This document shows positions 10,593 through 22,813 of a stretch of DNA of 64,000 bases, piece by piece; the first letter of the stretch is position 1; the number at the start of each line of letters is the position of its first letter. The notes below the pieces were generated by a model that saw only the letters and a list, made by a program, of their open reading frames with translations, searched no databases and had not been told where the DNA came from. Made by a program: the position numbers and the translations under genes. Source of the stretch: Caecitellus pseudoparvulus (Eukaryota > Protista > Bigyra: Bicosoecida); the NCBI GenBank assembly GCA_965644315.1, contig CBFFRQ010000019.1, forward strand, positions 310,001 to 374,000, written 5' to 3'.

Positions 10593-12420
10593 ATGGCTGC
10601 CATTCGCCAGACCTTGCACCGTGCAGTTGCAACAATTGGGCGAGGCCAAGCTCCCCGTGTTGGAATCGCTCGTGTGCGTGCTTTGCCGCGTTTCCCCGTA
10701 GCAGCAGCTGCGCCAGTCTGACGCACACGAGCACCGGCACACTTTGGACGCCCCCTTGCAGGCCATTTCCACGTCCGTCCCGGCACGTGCCGGTGAACTA
10801 GGCAAAGACTATGGTGCGTCTTGGGTGGTGCAGCTCGTGTCTGTAAGCCCTGGGCAGTGCATTAGGTCTGGCGTGCAGGTGTTTGCTGTCACTGGTGCAG
10901 TGCACTTGTCAGTGCTTGCCTTTGGCAGTGCCTTCACTCCGCCCAGAGAGCGCGCAGCGCATACTGCAGAACTCCCACTCGTTCGTCTGTGCAGGTCTGT
11001 ACCCTGGGGGCCGGGAGCTGCGCTACACGACTGAGCTGGACACCCATGAGCCAGTGTTCACCCAGGACAAACTCATGCCAGTGTACAGAGGTGTGTGAGG
11101 TGGCTGCAGTGACACCCATGGCGCTGCAGCGCACGAAGGCATTTCTATGGCCCTCCCAACTCCACAGTCATGAACGAAGACGGCACCATCCGGGAGGGCG
11201 CTGTGGACCCCGAGCTGGATGCAGACTTCATGCTGCGCATGTACGAGGACATGTGCCGGGTGCAGGAGATGGACCGCGTGTTCTACGACGCCCAGCGCCA
11301 GGGTCGCATTTCATTCTACATGCAGAACGGCGGCGAGGAGGGCGCCCAGGTAGGCTCTGCTGCTGCCCTGTCCCCGGAGGACCCCGTGTACGCCCAGTAC
11401 CGCGAGTTGGGCGTGCTCATGTGGCGAGGCATGACGCTGCAGAGCTTCGCCGACCAGTGCTTCAGCAACGCTGGCGACCCCGCCAAAGGCCGGCAGATGC
11501 CGGTGCACTACGGCTCCGCCGCGCACAACATCATGACCATCTCCTCCCCCCTGGCCACCCAGCTGCCCCAGGCGTCCGGCACGGCATACGCCATCAAGCA
11601 GTCCGGCGAGGACCGCGTGGCTGTGTGCTACTTTGGCGAGGGCGCAGCCAGTGAAGGCGATTTCCACGCCGCCATGAACTTCTCAGCCACCCTGGGCGGT
11701 CCCTGCATCTTCTTCTGCCGCAACAACGGCTTCGCCATCTCCACCAGCGTCACAGACCAGTACAACGGCGACGGCATCGCCGCCCGTGGCCCAGCTTACG
11801 GCATGCACACCATTCGGGTGGACGGTGGAGATCTCTTTGCAGTGTACGAAGTGACGCGCAAGGCGCGTGCCTTGGCGGCAGAGAAGGTGCGAATCGCCGG
11901 CACCGCCGACTCCGCCTCGCATCGACCAAAGGCACCGCCTCCTCCCCCCGATTCCACACGCAGAAGGTCCCTGTCCTCATTGAGGCCATGACGTACCGCG
12001 AGGGCCACCACTCCACCTCCGACGACAGCACTCGCTATCGTGAGGCAGCGGAGATTCAAGACTGGCGCTCTCGTGCCAACCCCATCGTGCGCATGTCAAA
12101 GTATCTCACCGCAAAGGGCCTCTGGGATGCAGACAAGGATGCGGAGCTGCTGAAGCGCCTGCGCAAGGATGGTACGTGTCTGCGACGGCGCCATGGCATG
12201 GCGCTCCAAGTGTCGCAGTGCATTCACCCGCCACGCCCACCCTCCTTTCGCAGTGCTGAAGGCTCTGGGCAGCGCGGAGAGCAAGCCAAAGCCCGATGTG
12301 GAGCACTTGTTCACTGATGTGTATGCAGGGGAGCAGCCTTGGAACCTGGTGGAGCAGGAGGCCCAGCTCACGGCGCATGCTGCCAAGTACCCCGATTACT
12401 ACAAGCACGCCGAGCACTGA
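10593..12420 (+). CDS. BCKDHA: Branched-chain alpha-keto acid dehydrogenase E1 alpha, mitochondrial (multi-exon)
   Basis: AQRQGRISFY, QYRELGV, KGRQMPVHYGS, ISSPLATQLPQA, TPP motif FGEGAASEGDFHAAMNF..CRNNGFAIST, MTYREGHHSTSDDS; Arg/Ala-rich transit peptide; GT-AG introns. Confidence 0.96.
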
Positions 12421-12467
12421 ATGCACCTCCATGGAGAGCCTCAGCACACAGTGGCTGTTCCAGAGCA

Positions 12468-13441
12468 TCACAGGACAGTCACTAGCCCCGAGTCCATCTC
12501 GTACCTGGCTGTCAACACTTGAAAGCACTGGGGCCCCTCAGCAACGCGGTCGGCAATGGCAGTGCTCCGCTTGAGAATCTCAGACACGGTGTGCTGTGCG
12601 TTGCCTGACACTGCCGCTTCCACGACGCACTTTGGGCCACATGTCTCACACAGGCGCTCAGAAACGGCAGTCTCTGCTGAGGGCCGAATGAACTCTAGCA
12701 GGCGAGCAATGTGGGCAGGAGGGGCTTGCTTGGTGTGGCTGCCGCCCTCGGCCTTCGCCGCTGCCTCCAGCACTGCCGTCACTGCAGCAGAGACAGCACC
12801 ACATCCCTGGTGGCCCATGACAATGAGCAGGGGTGTCTTCAACACACATGCGCCGTACTCCAAGCTCCCAAGGGTCTCATCTGAAGGAACGTTCCCAGCA
12901 TTGCGCACGACGAACAGAGTCCCAGCTCCTGCGCCGAAGATGAGCTCCGGAGGCACTCTGCTGTCGGAACAAGTCAGCACTGTGGCGATTGGCGTCTGGC
13001 CAGCACTCAGCTCCTTCCTTGCCTGTGGCGTTGCTTGGGGACCAACTCCGTGGAGCAGCAGCGCATCCAGCCTGCCCTCTGCAAACGCAGCATTGCCTGC
13101 CCGCAACACTTGCCACGCTGAATCGGGGGTCATGGTGTGTCCTTTCAGTCGGGAAGCTGGGGTGGCTGCCTGCACCCGTTCGCGAATGGCAACTTCCTGC
13201 GCATGTCACCGCGGAGGATCAGCTCTATGTGCGGCCTGTGCCAGGGAGTGGCCCAACAAAGTTCTGCGCTTCGCCGGCCACTCACGCAGCTGCTCAGCCC
13301 AGCTGATGCGGTTGCTTGCCCTCCCAGCCCGGAATCCGCGGCGCATGGCACCATTGAAAAAGGAGGAGGCGACTCTGGTTTAGATTCAGTTTCCACTTGT
13401 GCCCCTTGGGCGCTGGGAACTTCTGCAGCTGTGGCAGCCAT
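12468..13441 (-). CDS. Beta-class carbonic anhydrase; intron 13197-13285
   Basis: Zn ligands in CSDSRVPPE and VMGHQGCGAV; FVVRNAGN; GSLEYG; the upstream exon MAATAAEV..SSC joins in frame via gtgagt..gcag. Confidence 0.93.
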
Positions 13442-14085
13442 CTCAACGCTGGCTTCGTGCGAATGCTGCTGCTCTGGGCCGATCAGCTGACGAGCGCGAC
13501 TCACGACGCGTGACCACGGCGCAGGCTGCAGGCAGAGCAGGCACAGAGAATGAAGGGAAGAGGGAAGGATAGGTGGTTGCACAATTTCAGGGTTTGACGG
13601 CCTCGTTATTTTGAGTTGTGCTGGGCGGCTGCCGTAGTACAGCTTTCGAGCTTGAAGCCTGCCTGCGGCAGCCTTGAGGAAGACACTGCCATATCAACAG
13701 GATCGAACGTACTGCACAGTAGATCTATGAGTGTAGCTGCACTACTGGAAGGACAGTAGCCCCTCTCACCCCCTCAAGGCTTGGTAGGGTATTGGAATCA
13801 CTCGCAAGGCGAGCAGGTCTGTGCCGCGCCGCATGAGCACAGCGAAATAAGCGGCCTTGTCCAAAATTATGCACCCAAAATAATCAGCTGACTTTGTAAG
13901 AATGTGCTTCTATCTATGGAAGCGGAAGCAGTGTTTTTTTGCGAGCAGCAGCGGCGCTTGTTGCGTGCAATCTGAAACGCCAGCGCTAATTTCCGCACGC
14001 CGCAACTTGCGCCTGTGTGCACTGGGTTGGCTGAGGTGGCCAGTGCAGGTGGTGCTGTCCAGCGAAAACCTCCATTTCAATCGCA

Positions 14086-16964
14086 ATGCCAAAGGGAAAC
14101 ATCCAGGTGTTCCTGCGCGAGCGCCCAACACGCAGGGTAAGGAGCAGTTGGCGTTACTCGCCTGATTCACAATCATGCACCACTCCAGCTGCGCGTGCTG
14201 TGCCCTGCAGCCGTCGGGCTTCTTTGCCTTCGACCCCGAGCATGGGCAAGTTGTGTTTGATGTTCCGCTGGAGAAGCGATCCTACCTCGTGAACAACACG
14301 AAGACTCAGTGGGTGGCTTGCACAGCCTAGCCCAGCTTCGCTCACGACACTGTGTAGTGTCCGCTCGCCCACACAGCTACAAGTTCAAGTTTGACGGTCT
14401 ATTTGGTGCTCGAACCGAGCAAGATGAAATCTTTACAACAGTAGCCAAGGATGCTGCAGACAAGTGCGCTCCCTGCTGCTGCGAAGCCGGCGTGACCGGC
14501 TGCCTCCGCACACCCCTTGGCCGCTTTCTCCTCTCTGCAGCGCTCTGGCTGGGTTCAACGCTACCATCTTCGCTTACGGACAGACGGGAAGCGGCAAGAC
14601 CTTTACGATGACTGGAGGCACACAACAATACAAGGACCGAGGCATCATCCCCCGGTGTCTAGAGTACATTTTCGAGCAGGCGAAGGAACGCAAGGGGGAA
14701 GAGTTCCGCGTTTTCGTCTCGTACCTGGAGCTGTACAATGGACAAGGCATGGACTTGTTGACAGACGAGTTCAAATCAGGCTCCATCGGTGACCTTCCGT
14801 GCGTAGAGGGAGGCTGAGCAAGGCCCTCGTGCAACGTCAGCTCGGGCGATGCCATCATTCATGTCCACTGTGATTTGCAGGCGTGTGACGTTGAGAGAAG
14901 ATGAGATGGGGGAGATCCAGCTCCAGAACCTGTCGCGAGCACCTGTGACATCACAAGAAGAAGCTCTGGAGCTGCTGTTCCTGGGGGATACGAATCGCGC
15001 CATTTGCGAGACGCCCATGAACCCGGTCTCCTCCCGCAGCCACTGCATCTTCACCATCGGTTTGGAGTCCAGGGCTGAGGTGCGAACAGGTGGCACTGCC
15101 TTCGCAGCGCAGGCTGTGTGCGGTCTGAGTTCAGCATTCATGTTGCCCGCGCTTCGCGCCTTCACAGGGTTCTAGCAAGATCCGTCGGTCCAAGCTGCAC
15201 CTCGTGGACCTCGCTGGTTCTGAGCGCGTGTCCAAGACGCATGCATCAGGCCAGCTCCTAGTGGAAGCCAACAACATCAATGTGTCCCTGCACTTTTTGC
15301 AGATGGTCATCGTGGCGTTGCAGAACAAAGCCAAGAAGAAGGGCGGGTCTGTGCACGTGCCCTATCGCAACTCACTGCTGACCTCAGTGCTGCGCGACAG
15401 CCTGGGCGGCAACTGCGTCACGACCATGATTGCGACGGTCAACGCAGAACCAGAGCACACAGATGAATCTGTTTCCACGTGTCGCTTCGCACAGCGGGTC
15501 GCCTCAGTCTCAAACGCAGCCTTTGTGAATGAAGAGACTGATCCGAACGTGCTGGTGCGGCAGTTGAGAGGTGTGTCAGCCAGAGCGCCATCGCACTGCA
15601 CCACCTTGCTCAGCATTCGACGTTAACTGCTTTCTTTTGCAGAGCAAATGGAACAAAAGGAAGCAGAGCTTGAATTTCTTCGAGGTGAGGCAGGGGAAGG
15701 CGAGGAGCTCAGCCCCGAAGAGGTAGAGGAGCTGCAGCGCATTGTGCAGCGCTGGGTGGCGTCCGGCGGAGAGGGCGACCTGCCCATCGGCCGCATGACC
15801 CTGCGTCGCATCCAATTCGCGTTCAAGTGTCTGTATGACTTGGCTGCCCGGTCGCCGGGCTGGGACAGCGGCGCTGCCGGTGCGCCTGGGACAGCTGCTG
15901 GCGGTGGGCGAGGCGGCGCAGATCCCGAGGCGCTGGCAGCAGCCGAGGAGGAGGCGCGGAAACTGCGACAGCAGCTGGCACAGCGTGATCATGAGATTGC
16001 CATTCTCGTTGGCATGGTGCGCAACGCGCAGGGTGGCAGCGGAGGTGCGGGGATGTCGGCTGCCACGCAAGCCAGTGCCGGAGCGAGTCAAGGGGGCAGG
16101 GGTGGCCCCACAGCCACCTCAGCCACCCCAGGTGCAAGTGGCGGCCTGAGTGCACTGACAGGTGGTGCTGCGCCCATTCCAGCCATCACATTGCCGAACG
16201 GCGCCCCGTTGGCGGCCGGCTCGATGGGTGACAAGGAAGCGGTACGCAAGCAGTACATGGCTGCGCACAGGTCAGCCCCAGAGGTCGCACAGCATGCCGA
16301 GACGCTGCGTGATAAGTATTCTGCAGCCAAGGCGCTGGGCACGCGCGTGAATGCTGCACGCAGCCGCATCAATTCTTTGAAGGAAGCTGTGGAGGCTCGG
16401 CGGGTGGAGCGTGCCATGGCGGGCATTTCGGGCGGTGCAGCGGCAGAGGGTGGCGGCAAGGAGTCTGCGGAAGTGGACCCGGAGGAGGAATCCATGGTCG
16501 CAGAGATGGGGCGCTGCAAAGAGGAGTACAAGGAGGGCTTTGCCATGTTGAAGCGCATGAAGGCGGAGATAGAGTACACGCAGAAGCTCGTTGAGGCAGG
16601 CAAGGTGAAGGCGGCCAGCGACTTCGAGAAGTGGTACGCTGCGTCGAAAGACGCACTCGAAGCACTCAGCAGTATTGATGACCCGCCACAGCCCCAGCAG
16701 CGCACCCCACGGGCTGTGGGCGCTGCAGCTGCTGCGATGCCGGGAGCGGGCGCACAGCCTGCACCCAGCCCTGCTCAGTCCTCCAGCACTGGTTCACCGA
16801 CGGTGGTGGATGGCGTGGAGCTGCCGCCAGGCATCAAATTGACGGGCAATGCCGCAGCTGATGCGGAGATTGTTGCTTTTTTCAAGGCCAAACAGAAGCT
16901 CATGCAGCGTTCCAAAGCACGGGCCAGCGCGGTGGGCGTGGGCACTGGAGCCAGCCACAAGTAG
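14086..16964 (+). CDS. KIF6: Kinesin-9 family motor, KIF6-like (multi-exon)
   Basis: IQVFLRERP, IFAYGQTGSGKTFTMTGG, LFLGDTNRAICETPMNPVSSRSHCIF, DLAGSERV, HVPYRNSLLTSVLRDSLGGNC; coiled-coil tail. Confidence 0.9.
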
Positions 16965-17006
16965 CAGCAGCAGTGCATTGCACGCAGAGGAGGCCGGCAA
17001 GCGCGC

Positions 17007-17918
17007 TCAGGCAGCCAGCCCACGCAGCGCCCTGGCCACTGCGCCCACAGCAGAAGGCAGCGCCTGCAAGGCACGCTTGGACTTCTGCTTGTCCTGTTCA
17101 GGCTTGATGAATGCGAAATACACGATGAGAATGATGGCTGCGAGGAGGAAGAGCGCGAAGCACGCCATGATGAGCTTCTGCTGGCACTCCCTGCGTGACA
17201 TGCTGCGCACGATGCGGCGCGCATTGTCCATGAGGCCGCCCGTCTCCGCAGTCTTGTCTCGGATGCCCGAGATGACCTGCCGGTCACGGTGCAGTTGTTC
17301 CGAGATGCCAAGTGCGACGTCCTCGGTCTCGCCCAGCACGCGGCGCGTGCTTTCAAGGCGGTCCGTCCCCTCCGCCAGGCGGGTGTTGGAGTCAATCAGG
17401 CGCTGGTGCTGGGCGCGGGAGGAGTCTGAGAAGGACAAGTCCGCAGAGCTGCCTGCCATGAGCGCTGAGTGGGAAAACTTGTCCCGGGCCCGGTCCAGGT
17501 CGCGCTGAATCGTGGCCAAGCTGTCCTTGTACGATCGAATGCGGTTGCCCAGTTCACGGCGAGTGGGGTCGGGCATGCTCCGTGCCTCGCGCTCCATGTC
17601 CGAGAGCTGGCGGGAGGGAAGGTGGACGTGTGACACGTGGTGGTGTGCACTGCCATGGCGCGCAAACTCACGTGCTGCTTGCAGGAAAAGAGGTCCCGCT
17701 CAGCACTGCGCAGCTCTGCCTGGGCGCGATCTGCAGCGCGGGCGGCAGCAGCAGGGTTTGTGCATCCGCCGTGAAACGCCGGCGCAGCCAGTGAAACTCC
17801 AACACGCACCAGCGTTGGATTCATGCGTGCTGATGGTGGAGATGCGCGTGGGCAACGTGCTGCTCTGGCGTTTGAACTCATCCTCCAAATCTCGAAAGGT
17901 GCTGAGGTCGGCTGCCAT
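17007..17918 (-). CDS. VTI1: Qb-SNARE VTI1-like vesicle transport protein (multi-exon)
   Basis: N-terminal FRDLEDEF helix; MEREARSMP; SNARE motif RLESTRRVLGETEDVALGISEQLHRDR; C-terminal TM helix. Confidence 0.88.
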
Positions 17919-18370
17919 GGTGAATCACGCACTGCCGCTGCTGGTCTGGGCGTGGTGCGGTGGTGGTGCTGAGCAGTGCCAGGAAAGTGCCGACACACAG
18001 AGTCGACACGCGGGTGACGTCGTGGGCAGGCTGGCACACGTCTGAATGGCATGCATACTTGCTGGGCCAGCGATGTGAATGGGTTGGGGATTCGTGTTTT
18101 TGAGGGACCGCGCAACATTCCAGGCACGTCTGTGCGGCAACTGGCCACCCTGGGACACTGCGTGTCATTCCACGACGACCCCCAAATTGAAAGCGACGCA
18201 GTCCGGGCGGCAGCCTCGTTTGCTTTCCCTCGTGAGCGTATGTACCTCTGACCAGCGCCTTTGCGCGGGCCACATCACCCTCGTAGCATCTGCCTGGTGC
18301 ACCAGCTGAAAGGGGGTAGCAACGTTGTAGCGGCGCACCGCACCGCAGAGGGCCCAGCCAGCGCAGCAGC

Positions 18371-21300
18371 ATGGGTGTCAAGCGCCTCTGGAACATCCTC
18401 TCCCCTGCAGGGCGACAGGTGTCCATCGAAACCCTCAACGGAAAGGTATGCAGCGCCAAGGATTTTGCCTCTCCAGCGCTGCCTCACACTTCGCGCTGTC
18501 TACCACAGGTGCTCGCTGTGGACGCTAGCATTTGGCTGACTCAATTCGTCAAGAGCATGCGTGATGATGAGGGACGCATGCTGCCGAATGCGCACATCCT
18601 GGGAGTGTTTAGGCGCCTTTGCAAGGTGAGCTGTGGCGCCGCTTTAGCCAAGCGATTGCGCCAACTCACCCTGGCCCGAATCCGCGTGCCAGCTGCTGTT
18701 TCATCGCATCAAGCCGGTCTTTGTGTTCGATGGGGGGACGCCCGCGTTGAAGCGCAAGGAAGTCTTGCGTCGGCGCGACGCAAGGGTGTCAAGTGTACGT
18801 GTGCGCAACAATGTGCGGTAATTGCTCCGCACTCGCACTTTGGCCGCCTGTTCAGGATGCTGCGAGAAAGGCGGCTGCTCGAAGGCTGCTCTTGAACAAG
18901 CTGCACCAAATGGCATTGAAGGTGCGTCTTGAGCTGCCCCTTCATCAGTCCTCGGCTTTGTCTGCATTGTGCGAGTACGCCTTGGTGTGGTGCAGGATCG
19001 CCGGCTGAAGCGCCTGGCTGCCAAAGCTGCCGCTGCCGGGCAGGACGGAGAAGACCAGGCACCTGGCGCCCAAGAAATGCTGGAAGACCATGCACAGGAT
19101 GCGTCCATTGCAGCTGGCTTTACGTTGCCCAGCGACCAGGGAAGTTCCGCTGGCTCCGAGTCAGACGAGGATGTAGTCATACCAAAGGGGACGACGGTCA
19201 CACCAGCTAATACCAAGAGCACGGGCAATGCCAGCGACGGCACGCAAGGCCAGAAGCCATCCAGCATGCCTGCAGACGAAGCCATTTTCGACAGTGAGAG
19301 CGGCGGGGAGGCGGATTTCGTGGATGACACGGTGGCGTTCATCCCGGGCATTTCGGCACAGCCGCCGGTAAGTGGGCCGGGTTGGGAGTATCGCCGCGGC
19401 CACGAAAAGTGGAACCCCAATGCCCCAGACGACGCACACACACCGGCGTTGAACATGTTGAAAGTGGGGGGTGGTGGCTTTGACATAGACGCCGTCATGG
19501 CCTTGCCACCAGCAATGCGGGAGGACTACGTGGAGCAGATCCGCAAGGCTCACCGGTCGTCCGTGCGGTCCAAAGTCATGGCCGTTGCGTCCAACGCTCA
19601 GGCCTTGAGCTCCACACAGCTGGATTCCTTCCTCGCTGGGGCAGCGGTGAATGTGCGCCTGGCCGCTGCACAGCGCGCAAACGCCAAGCGAGTGTCCAGA
19701 GGCACTCGCATTGCAGGGGAGGCTGACAAAGAGTTCGTGTTCCGCAGCGCAGGGCACAAGGCTACTTCTCAGCCTGTGCCTGGTGGAGCCACACAGGCTT
19801 CCCCAGCTTCGGAGGCACCCACGCCAATTTGCGTTCAGGCTGGACCTCAGCCGGCCCCCCTTCTGGATGAAGTGGCAAGCGTTGTGTCTTCGGACGAGGA
19901 CACGGAAGCAGGTGGGGGGGGTGAGGGGGAGCAGCCTGCTGCAGCCCGGGCCGACGAAGAGGCAACCGCCGCTCCTGAGAGAACAACACACTCGATGGGC
20001 CAGGGAAAGGCTTCGCCTGGCGCTGGTAGCGAGACAGAATCGGAAGATGAAGCTGCCTGGGACGTGGCTTCAGCTGAGGGCAGTGAGGCGACGGTGGAAA
20101 GCGTCGAAGGTGGTGCAGCGCAGGAGGACCAGTGGAAGGAGGCTGAATCACTCAGGCAGGAAGCACCAGCCTCGACAGCATCGGCTGTGGGCCTGCCCAA
20201 GACGAGCGCCGGGCAAGCTCAGCATGCGTCAGCTTCACCTGTCCGCTCGAGTGGCACGGCTCAGGACCGCAGTCACTCTCACAGCACATCCAAAGTACAC
20301 GTGGAAGGCGCTCGAGAGCAAGGGGGGCGCTTGACCATTTCTGTGCCTGCACCGGCACCAAATGCTGAGGCAGGCGTCGAGGCAGAAGCTCCGCCCGCCT
20401 CGCAAGTGTCAGTTGAAGCGGGCACACCCTTTGCAACGCAGCCTTCGCAAATCATCCCGCCAGCATCAGCCAAGTCGTCCTTCACCCCTCCTGCTGCGCG
20501 TCCGCGGAGCCCTGCCTCCAGCCACGTCGGCGCTGACCTGCGAGGAGCTTCGAATGTGCTGGCATTCGCGACGCAGGCCAGCTCGCAGGTGTCCCTGCCA
20601 CATGCAGCCGTGCACAGGACTGCGGAGCGCTCAGACTCTCGACCACCCACACCTCCAGCCGTGGACACATCAGGCATTTCTATGGAGGTGCAAGCAGCCA
20701 TTCTTGCGGACCTTGGCGTCAGTGAACTTGAAACTGTGACTTTGTCTCGCACGCGCCCTGGCTCTGACAAGGCCGTGTCAGGCGCCCTGGTCGAAGACGC
20801 AGCTTCTGACAGCGGGTGGAGTGACGCTTCTGAGGCCATCCTGCACGCACCGGATTCAGGGGTCGTGGACCTTGCATCGCAGGATGTCACACCCCAGTCT
20901 CCTTCTGCATCGGCAGCTCAAGATGTGTCTGCAGACGATGAAGGTGCAGCACACGCGCAAGACGAAGGTTCGGACGCAATGGAGCATGCGCTCAAGACTG
21001 CATCGGGGATGGCAGGGTGGGCAGAACGTGCGCTCCGTCGGGCGATGCGCAAGCCTGTGGCTCAGCGGCCTGCTGCCGACCAACAGACCACCGCAGTGCC
21101 GGACGCTGCTCCTGAACACCGCCCCCCGCCGGGCAGCGCTGGAGATGGATCTGGTTCCACACCACCCCCCCACACGACAAGCCCTGCAGGGCCCCCTGAG
21201 GTCACCCGTTCAAGTCCTGGGCCGGTACCGTTGCCAAGCCTTGTGAGAGCAGGAACGGCTGCAGAGGATGAAAGTGCCCTGAGGCAGCTGCAAGCAGAAG

Positions 21301-22500
21301 AAGCAGAGCTGCAGCAGCGCCGCAAGAAAGGTGCTCGGGATGCAGAGGGAGTGTCAGATGACATGCAAGGCGACATCATTCGTCTGCTGCGTATCATGGG
21401 TGTGCCCTACCTCGTGGCGCCCATGGAGGCAGAGGCGCAGTGCGCCGAGCTGGAACGCTTGGGGCTGGTGCAAGGCACCATCACAGATGACTCGGACGCT
21501 TTTCTCTTTGGCTCCACTCGCGTGTACCGGAACATCTTCCGTGATGGGAAGTATGTGGAGGAGTACGCCATGGAGGCAGTGACCTCTGAATTGGGGCTGA
21601 CGCGGGACATGCTTGTCAGGTCTGCCCTGCTGCTTGGCAGCGACTACACGCGGGGTATCAAGGGAGTGGGGGAAGTGAACACGTTGGAGATTCTTTCGGC
21701 TTTCCCTGGTGACCAGGGACTGCGCACGTTTGCTGAGTGGTTGCAGGTGCGCCGCTCCCCGCACAGCCATCGCCCAACCCCTCCTCTCGCCGCACGCCCC
21801 GCCCCGCACACTTTCACAGGGACTGTACAAGGCCCGTGAGCTAGAGGAACTCGCGAGCCTGAAACCAACGAAGAAGCAGGTAGCTGAGCTGGATCCTGCG
21901 ATGCGTTTCATGTACACGCACCGGAGCGCCCGCACGAAGTGGTCTGCGCCGTCTGAGTTCCCCTCGCGCATGGTTATGCAGGCGTACTTGCGACCCACTG
22001 TGTCGTCCAGCACTGAGCCATTCACATGGACGCTTCCCCAGGTGGACCCCATCAAGGCTTTGTGTGCTGTGAGTTGTCGTGTTCTTATGAGCTGTGCGCG
22101 CGAGGCTGCACCACCCGCTCCCGTGCCGCAGAACGCCTTTGGCTGGGACGCACAGACCACGGAATCCCACATCAACCCCGTGTTGACTGCACTCACGAAA
22201 GGGTCTGGCCAGTCCTCCCTGCACCAGTTCTTCATCAAGAAGTACGACGATGGTGTTCGTGCAGCGGCGGTGCGGTCTTCCCGCATGCGCACTGCACTCA
22301 AGGGTCTGCACGGACGGGAGGATGACTCTGACATCGCCATTTCAGCACAGAAGGCTTCACGAGGCACCAAGCGCCCTGCTGACTTGGACATGCAGGAGTT
22401 GGACGACGCGCAGTTGGCGGGGCTGGACCTGGAGCTTGCTGCTAACGGCAGCACGCCACCTCGAGCGACGCCCGCGCGCTCCAAGCGCAGCCGAGCTTGA
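18371..22500 (+). CDS. ERCC5: XPG/RAD2 nucleotide-excision-repair endonuclease (multi-exon)
   Basis: N-domain [25 protein letters not shown]; long low-complexity spacer; I-domain [40 protein letters not shown]. Confidence 0.93.
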
Positions 22501-22813
22501 GCGGCAGCTCAAATTGTAATCCACCCTGTCCTTCACTCAGCTTTATGTCCAGGGCTGGACAGGCCGCTCTTTGAAGGCTTTGTTGCGTTTGAAGGCAGCT
22601 TCGCTGCGCTGCAAAGCGCTCTCGGCAGCACTTTCCTCAGACCGCCCGACAGCTCGGGGGCAGAGCTCCTGGATGCTCTGTACCTCTCAGGCGCAGGCGG
22701 CAAGCTCATGCTCCATGAAAGGTGGGGAGGGTCTACCTGGCGTTTCGCACACCCCCCCTCCGCCCCCTCGTCACTGAGCAGGGGTGCTGTGCTGCGTTCG
22801 GAGCTGGGCTGCC